The notes beneath the pieces are model-generated. The model was not told where the DNA came from, did no database searches, and saw only the letters and a list, made by a program, of their open reading frames with translations. DNA of 64,000 bases from Macrostomum lignano (lineage: Eukaryota). The first letter of the stretch is position 1, and each line of letters begins with the position of its first letter. The translations under genes and the position numbers were made by a program. Shown one piece after another: positions 57,411 to 64,000 of this stretch. The DNA is taken from positions 29,171 to 93,170 of the forward strand of contig NIVC01000338.1 in NCBI GenBank assembly GCA_002269645.1, in the 5' to 3' direction.

Positions 57411-59124
57411 ATGCACTGTTCGACTCGGGTACTCATGCTCGTCAGCCTGCTGGCGGCTGCTCACGGTAAGTTGCCGAGTGTTGTGAAATTTCATCAAAGA
57501 GTTTATGTGTCGTGAAATATTCAATATTTGCCTGCTTGGCACCTCGGGTTTTATTGAAATGAAAAGCGTTCTCTAATTTGCTATTTCTATACTTCGAATT
57601 CGTACGAAAATGCCATTGTGAATCTGTTTGATCCTTTTACCAGAGTTTGCACTTCAAGTTTACAAAAGTAGCCTCCCACCCGACCGTCACCAGCAGGAAC
57701 CAGAAGCCAGGAATATTTTACGCTGATGCCGGTCTATTTTAACTCGACTCGATGCATCTCAACTCGAGTCTGGAGTGAAGCAGCTCGAAGTGAAGCCGAA
57801 TGCGCGCTAAGGTGCATTGGCAGCACGTGGATTAAGGCGTTCAGATTCAGCAACGGGGTCTGCGTTCTCTCAGACAGTCTGCTTGGTGCCGCCTCCGAAG
57901 GTTCAGGAGTTTTCAAAAGGCAGTTGGAGCCGGCCCCGGCGGCTCCCGGATACGAGTTGCAGGCCGGCGGCAAGCGGTTCTGGGTGTTCCAGCAGAGACT
58001 GGCCGGTGGCATCCGATTCAACAGGACCTGGGATGAGAACCTGTTCGGATTTGGCAACATCTCAACCGACTTCTGGGCTGGTGAGTCGGTTTGCTTTTCT
58101 GTTTTCGAAAGTCCAACTGCAACCGAGAAATACCTATTACGTTAGTTAGTTAGAGGCGGTGCACTCTGGCGCACTTAAGCGACATTGTCGCACAACCGGC
58201 GAAAGGCATTACTGCCCATTCCGCCGACTTCCCTGAGCAGACACACAAGCGCGTGGGTACTTACGCAGTGGTACGCATAGGCAACACACTCACACAGGAG
58301 TGTACAGTGACCTGAACTTTATCGTTAGGCATGTACACTTCATTGTGTCTTTGGGGTTGGCCCTCAAGGGCGTTAATTGCACGTGCAGAGCCAAGCCGAG
58401 ATTCCAATTTAGCCCCAAATTAATGTGACTGCACTTGGAATCGAGCCTGGGCCGTTGGACATCAGAGCGCCGCGCTGGACCACTAAGCTACGGTCCACAG
58501 CTATTATGCTTAGTATGCACTTAACATTAATATTAACGAGCGGAAAAAGTACTCATTTCCCTAATAGGAATCTTTCAAAAAATCTTATTAAAAAACAATT
58601 TTATACAGCCAATAAAAAACTTTGATCTCGGCATTTTTAGTCAAGGCATGACCTCATTTTATTAAATTATTGAACTGCAAACCTGTCGATTCCTACATAT
58701 AGGCCTCAATCTGATCCAAGAGGTTGCCAAGACCAATCGAACAATTCGAATCGAGATGACGACAGTTGAAAACGAGTTCTACTGCTCAGAATCGCCAAAC
58801 TTTAGCGTTGGCGACGCCTGCACTAAGTATACGATGCGGGTTGGTAGAGCCAGCTTCTACAACACTACAGATGACAGCCCGTTTTACAGCAACGGTATGC
58901 AGTTTTCCACTGTTGACGTGGATAACGACATGCGAGCTACTGAGTCCTGCGCTGGCACTTTCGGAGGCGGTGGGTTCTGGTGGAACAATTGCCTGGTGTT
59001 CAACCCAAACGGCTTGTACTCTTCGACTCTGATCAGCGGCCCGGACTCGAACAAGTACGCTTCAAGCAGCTACATCGGCAGTTGGAAGACACTCAGAACA
59101 ATCAGAATGATGCTGGAGTTGTGA
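57411..59124 (+). CDS. Secreted PAN/apple-like + fibrinogen C-terminal (FReD) protein, paralog 2 (287 aa)
   Basis: Exons 57411-57465 (MHCSTRVLMLVSLLAAAH), 57694-58080 (NAGNAG acceptor, 57697 also possible), 58703-59124; 864 nt. Same exon-1 (55 nt) and exon-3 (422 nt) sizes and phases as paralog 1. Motifs SEAECALRC..KAFRFSNGVC, FWVFQQRLAGGIRFNRTWDE, FSTVDVDND, GGFWWNNCLVFNPNG. Confidence 0.85.
58250..58497 (-). mobile_element. tRNA-derived SINE-like element (most complete copy)
   Basis: A box TAGCTTAGTGG (58490-58480) and B box GGCTCGATTCC (58447-58437), with no intact anticodon stem. The body (CGCCCTTGAGGGCCAACC..GTGTACATGCCT..AGTTCAGGTCACTGTACACTCCTGTGTGAG) recurs at ~5100-5165, 12530-12580, 25545-25632 and 45420-46000. 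Confidence 0.6.
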
Positions 59125-60224
59125 AACTAACCTCCTGTTACATGTTGCTGGAGTTGTGAAACTTTTAACAAAACAGGTAACAAATGTAACATGTAACAAA
59201 ACCTAGAGAATGAAGACGTAATGAGAGGAGTTCGAAAGGATATGCCGTATATATATAAGGTATACGTATATATAAGATATACGGTACTATAAGTATATAT
59301 AATACATCCTTACCCAATAATTCCCCAATAATATAATATATCCTTATAGCTAGTAACAGAGACAAGCTGATTGCAATACATCACCGGTAGAAGTGTTTGC
59401 GATACCTATACAGCAGCAAATTGATTATAGAAGATTCACAATGATTTTTAATTCTTCGAGAAAAAACAACGCTAGGTAAGTAGCTCAAAGCATTGGTTAA
59501 TTTCTTCAATTCAACTGATTTTTATCAACACAGAATATTGGATACATTTGCTAAATAAAATCTTCCTAAATAAAAAACGATGCGCAAATTTGCTGCAAAT
59601 TCCTAAAATGACTCTAATTAAATCTACCCTCACAATCGGTAAGCTCATCAACTGAGCAGCCAACTCCCGCGCCGAAATTAGCCGGACGCAGGCGGCAGAC
59701 GCGCCCCCTCTGAGACGCAGGACAATAACGCGGCGCCTGATTGACGACGACATAGAAGAGTCATCAAAATAAAAATTCAATTATTATAATTAACTTTTAA
59801 GAGCTGCAATTCATTTAGAATAGCCTGGCTCTAGCAGTCAAAGCCACCGTTCAGCCCTCCCCGCACTCTCAGGCTCCAAAGTTTTGAAGCGTCATTTCAA
59901 TTCAATCAACCGTTGTAACCACCGTCTGGGAGCAGAGAGCCTAACTTCATTTTTTGTTTCGGGAGGCTCCTGCACTCGGGCTGGGGGTTTAGTTCGCTAG
60001 AGGATCTGGCCCTCTGGTTGAGCGCGGCTTTCCCCACTCTCCGGCATTTCCCGCCCCAGCACTCCCTGCCACGTGTGTCTCTGAATTCCAATTCCCCAAT
60101 AATTCAGTCATTGTTCCTCTGTCTTTCCCCAGTTTGCGACTTTTTATTAATCCACCCATGGACTACTTAACAACAATAATACATTTATTTTCATTTTTCC
60201 TTCCCCAACATCTCTAATATACTG

Positions 60225-60760
60225 GGGTCAGCAGTTCTATTCTCAATATAATGCCTCTACCAATCTGCTTTAATTTTAACAGCAGAAAGCTGTTGTCATT
60301 GGAAGAAAGGGAAATCCGTAGCACCCAGTCAAGCACCAGAACGAACAATAACGTCGCGAGCGTATTTTCCTGGAGCAACCCAGAGGATGTCTCGAAGAAG
60401 TCCAATTGGCCGTCCGGTGTTGAAGCAGCAGCATGTGTACATCGCCATGATGGCAGAAACCAACTGCTCTGGTACATTGTACGCACCACTGGAGCACGGT
60501 ACTGACAACCGAGTCCAATGCCTTCTGGGAATAGACACAAAACAATCAGGATCGACTGACGCATCCTCGTCTCCTCGCTGACTCGGCAAAGAGCCAGGAT
60601 TTGCGCCACTGTGCGGCGATAGGGCCGAAACCCGTTCTGCTTAGGACGCGGGTACGGCTCCAGCACGGGCTGAAACAGCATCTGGTCGAACAGTTTTGCA
60701 GCACAGGTCCATCAAATTTTTAAAATTTCACTCGTGCATATAGTGTCTACGCACTTCTCC
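60225..60760 (-). mobile_element. Degenerate non-LTR retrotransposon reverse-transcriptase fragment
   Basis: Frameshifted pieces of RT motifs: KQNGFRPYRRTVAQILAL, VYSQKALDSV (for FxDFxKAFDSV) and TSSGLLQENTLATLLFVLVLDWVLR (for GVxQGxxLSPxLF), spread over ORFs 60214..60681 and 60276..60545. Confidence 0.75.
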
Positions 60761-62859
60761 TTTCTCCCATGCACCTGTGACGATATTAGTGTGTCGGCCT
60801 CGAGAATAAGCGAAGGCAAATGAACGCGGCAGAGGCAAATTTGTAGCGGTAGCACTTGGCAGTAATATTAGTTAACGTTAATGCGATCGATGGCTGCGGA
60901 CTTGGTTTATTGTCAATGTCAACAGAAATACAAGTTGGATTCGTAACAATGCACTGGCGGCTACACAACAACAAGTTAGATAGCTTAGGTAGTAGAAGTG
61001 GCGTGGCTGAGAGTGACAGAGGCGTGGCTAGAACCGTGGCGGAGAGAGAGAGAAGGCAAGTAAACAAGTAAAAGCCGCAAGAGACAGTCTACACGGGCTC
61101 GCAAGGGTGCGAGAGTCTGAACGGTCCAAACGGGTCTAAAGGATCGCAAGGGTGCGAGAGTCTGAACGGGTCTAAAGGATCGCAAGGGTCTAAACCCGAG
61201 CGCACGGCCAGACAGAACTGATAAGGAGCGGGCCGGGGGTGGCGTGCGAGGAGAAATTAGTATAATTAATGCGCGGCTTTTCTATTGGAAAAACAGAAAA
61301 ACAGGAACAGAAATTATTGATCGCACGCTGTACGCAGGGTTTTACAAATGTACGCAGCTGATTAAAATTCTTAGGGCACTACTTTAAGCAAACGTGAGAG
61401 AACGGAACTAGTAATATTAAAGATTGGTACCGTATGTCAAAACGGCCCTTGGCGGGCTACTCAAACTGACAACGTCACACACCCCAACTGTTCACGCAAT
61501 CCTCTGATCTATTTTTGCTCTCCCTCTCTCCTAGCCAATTCTATTCCCTTCTACATTTGTTGTGACCCACAGTGCTCATTTGCATAAGTTGCTTCCCTTA
61601 ATTCACTGTTTGACTCAAGAACCTGGGTAGGATAGCACGCCCTACCTGCGTGATCAACCCTTGCACTTTTTTTAAGTAACCAGTCTAACATGAAATTTAG
61701 GCTCTTTAAAAAAGAATTTAAACAACTGAACTAAGGTCCTTTAAAACCTTAAAACTATCTTAACGTTTTCTATTCGTTGCATTAGTTACAAGCGTACTAG
61801 TATCATGAGACAGTTGAAAAAAGAAAGATTAGAGCGACAATATAGCTCGTATAGCCTAACTTAAATTCATGTTTCAGTACGAATCAAATGACTATGCTAT
61901 TACATTTAAAAGTTACAAGCCATGAATTACAAAAGTACATCACAGGGACAACTAGAAAAGTTTCCACAAATTTTATATCGATTGCCTCCGCTACGGACAA
62001 CACCAGTGTAGAATACAGTGCTTGGGCTTATAAGTGAAAACTTAAATATAAATTTGATCACATCGAAATTTTAAATAAGAAAACAGCATAACGAACATAT
62101 AGTATATTGTTGGGCTGGTCTACCCTACCCTTTGTTGTCCCTTGTTTTCGTGTTTTCATGCGGCCCCGCCCCGTCCCCCGTCTCGCGCCCGTGCCAGGGT
62201 TTGTGAGAGGCGTAAGCCTCAACCCTGGCCAGCCCTTTTTTCTGCGCCTGGTCTCTTTGCTCCACCCCTCCCTCTTTGCCCCACCCCTCCCTCTTTGCCC
62301 CACCCTCCTCTTTGCCCCACCCATAGAATTCTAGATTACTAAGACCATTTTTAGTATATGGACTAGCCATTTAGCCCCGCGCTGGGGGGCTTTAAAATGA
62401 CACCTAGTGGTTTTTCTTTGGCCCAACAGTAACCATTAATTTTCATTTCCATTAATAAACAGTTACTTTTTCTCATTTTGAAAAAAATAAATTGCCATGA
62501 ATCAAAACTTTCACCAGCAAAAAAAGTTTCCTTCATCAGCCCAAAACCCTCTTTCAATCAGCAATAGTGTTTATCCTTTCAAGCACAAACTCTTTGTGCA
62601 TATCGTCATTGGCCTGGGCATATTCTGGTCCGCAGCAGGAGCTCAATATGCCAATCCCTGACGGCCTCTTTATTAGCCTAACTCAAAGAATCAAACCTTA
62701 ATAAATACGCTGGTATTTCCTATCAGCAGAATTCAGCATCACTTGTGTGTACTATTTTATTATCTGAATTAAATGAGCTACTTGAGCCGTACTACTTGAC
62801 GATCTGACAATCGCTCAACAACCTAACCCCCTCCCCCCAACAATTCAGCCATCCCCATG

Positions 62860-63150
62860 AGCCTTGACATCTCAGCAATTCCCCCAGTAAGCCTTGAAAT
62901 CTCAGAAATCCCCCAGTAAGCCTTGACATCTCAGCAATTCCCCAGTAAGCCTTGAAATCTCAGCAATTACCCCAGTAACCCTTGACATCTCAGCAATTCC
63001 TCCAAGAAGCCTTGATATCTCAAGAATTTCCCCAGTAAGCCTTGACATCTGAGCAATTCCCATGAGCCTTGAAATCTCAGAAATTACCCAAAAAAAGCCA
63101 TGACATCTCAGCAATTCAACCAATAAGCCTTGAAATCTCAGCAATTCCTG
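62860..63150. repeat. ~30-bp degenerate minisatellite (CCCAGTAAGCCTTGACATCTCAGCAATT)
   Basis: Direct inspection. Confidence 0.88.
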
Positions 63151-64000
63151 AGATGTCTCCACAACAACCTGAAATTATCCCTTCCAATCCCAAAAAACAG
63201 ACTTCAGTCATACTCTAGCGGCCTAGAATTGTCCCCACAGCAAACAATAATTTACTCAGTAGTCCACACTTACTACCTCAGCAGTTTTGCAGCTATACGC
63301 TCATAAGTCTGGAGCAAAGATCATATCATTGCTTCTGAATTATGGTCTGGAGAAACTCCGTCTGCACATCTCACATCTTTACATCTATGTTATGATCCTC
63401 CAGACAATATGATCTATATGTCTGGAGAACTACCTTAGCAGTTTGGCAGTTTGTCCCCTTTCAGCAGTTTTCAGTTTGTCCCTTTTGCAGTCTGGCAGTT
63501 CTCCTCTCGGCCGGCTCCTCAGTATTTTCAGCAAACTAAAATAAAGGATCCTTTTAAGAATCAGATTTTTTTCTCAGCATTTATTACGGTTCACTAATCA
63601 ATTTTCGATACATATCGGCAGTTTTTTCACAATTCAGCGTTCATTTTAACAATAAATTTAGCAGCTTAGCATTTGATACTTTCATGGATCTAGGCAATAC
63701 CCATTGATGCGATGAGTAATACTCGAAGCAGTTTTTTACAAATCAAATTTTGTATTGGCAAAAATTATTCATTAAGTGTGGCCTTGCGAATTCAACAAAA
63801 ATAATTCCTATTAGTTGAGCCCGAAGCAATAAATGAATAAATGAATTTAATTTTAATCGTCCTCAAAAAATCGCAAAAATCAGCCATATATGCTTCGGCA
63901 CTGCAGTCAAATACATAGCAGTGATAGGCTGCTCAGTGTGCACAGTTGTATGCAGGCAGAGCAAATGCACAATTGAGTGAAATTTATAAATAGCAATTGT

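Noticed and set aside
58437-58497. Functional tRNA gene
   Set aside because: A and B boxes are present but the anticodon and acceptor stems do not pair, and it is joined to a repeated body, so it is treated as a SINE head.
60214-60681. Intact 155-aa host gene or active retroelement
   Set aside because: RT motifs are split across frames and decayed, with no endonuclease or YADD region visible.
55540-62362. Shared 20-mer GACCATTTTTAGTATATGGA at ~55540 and ~62343 as transposon ends
   Set aside because: Direct rather than inverted orientation, no TSD and no further similarity; too little to call an element.

Overview
Intron-rich eukaryotic (animal) genomic DNA. GC-rich exons, GT-AG introns packed with minisatellites and the lophotrochozoan-type genes suggest a free-living flatworm such as Macrostomum; this is an inference, not verified. 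Hand-splicing recovers eight protein-coding genes: CaMKIV (-, 9 exons, 572-10866); an ANKDD1-like ankyrin-repeat/death-domain gene (+, ~14263-22289); a nicotinic-receptor-like Cys-loop subunit with an anion-type Pro-Ala M1-M2 motif (-, 23464-~30700); an orphan two-TM gene (-); an atypical dual-specificity phosphatase (-); a FYVE-type zinc-finger, rabenosyn-like gene (-); and two tandem PAN-like/fibrinogen-domain genes (+), preceded by a dead partial duplicate. There is also a degenerate non-LTR RT fragment, a tRNA-derived SINE-like family and about 30 tandem arrays, which explain nearly all long ORFs in the track. The most striking feature is a 33-bp x ~66 array in the receptor gene whose unit spans the exon/intron junction. 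It repeats the GATCG|GTAAGC donor dozens of times in an open, in-frame register. Other highlights are clustered CRE/E-box/CCAAT motifs, a GC3 switch inside CaMKIV that tracks repeat-filled introns, SINE-seeded minisatellites and two single-base homopolymer frameshifts that are probably assembly errors.
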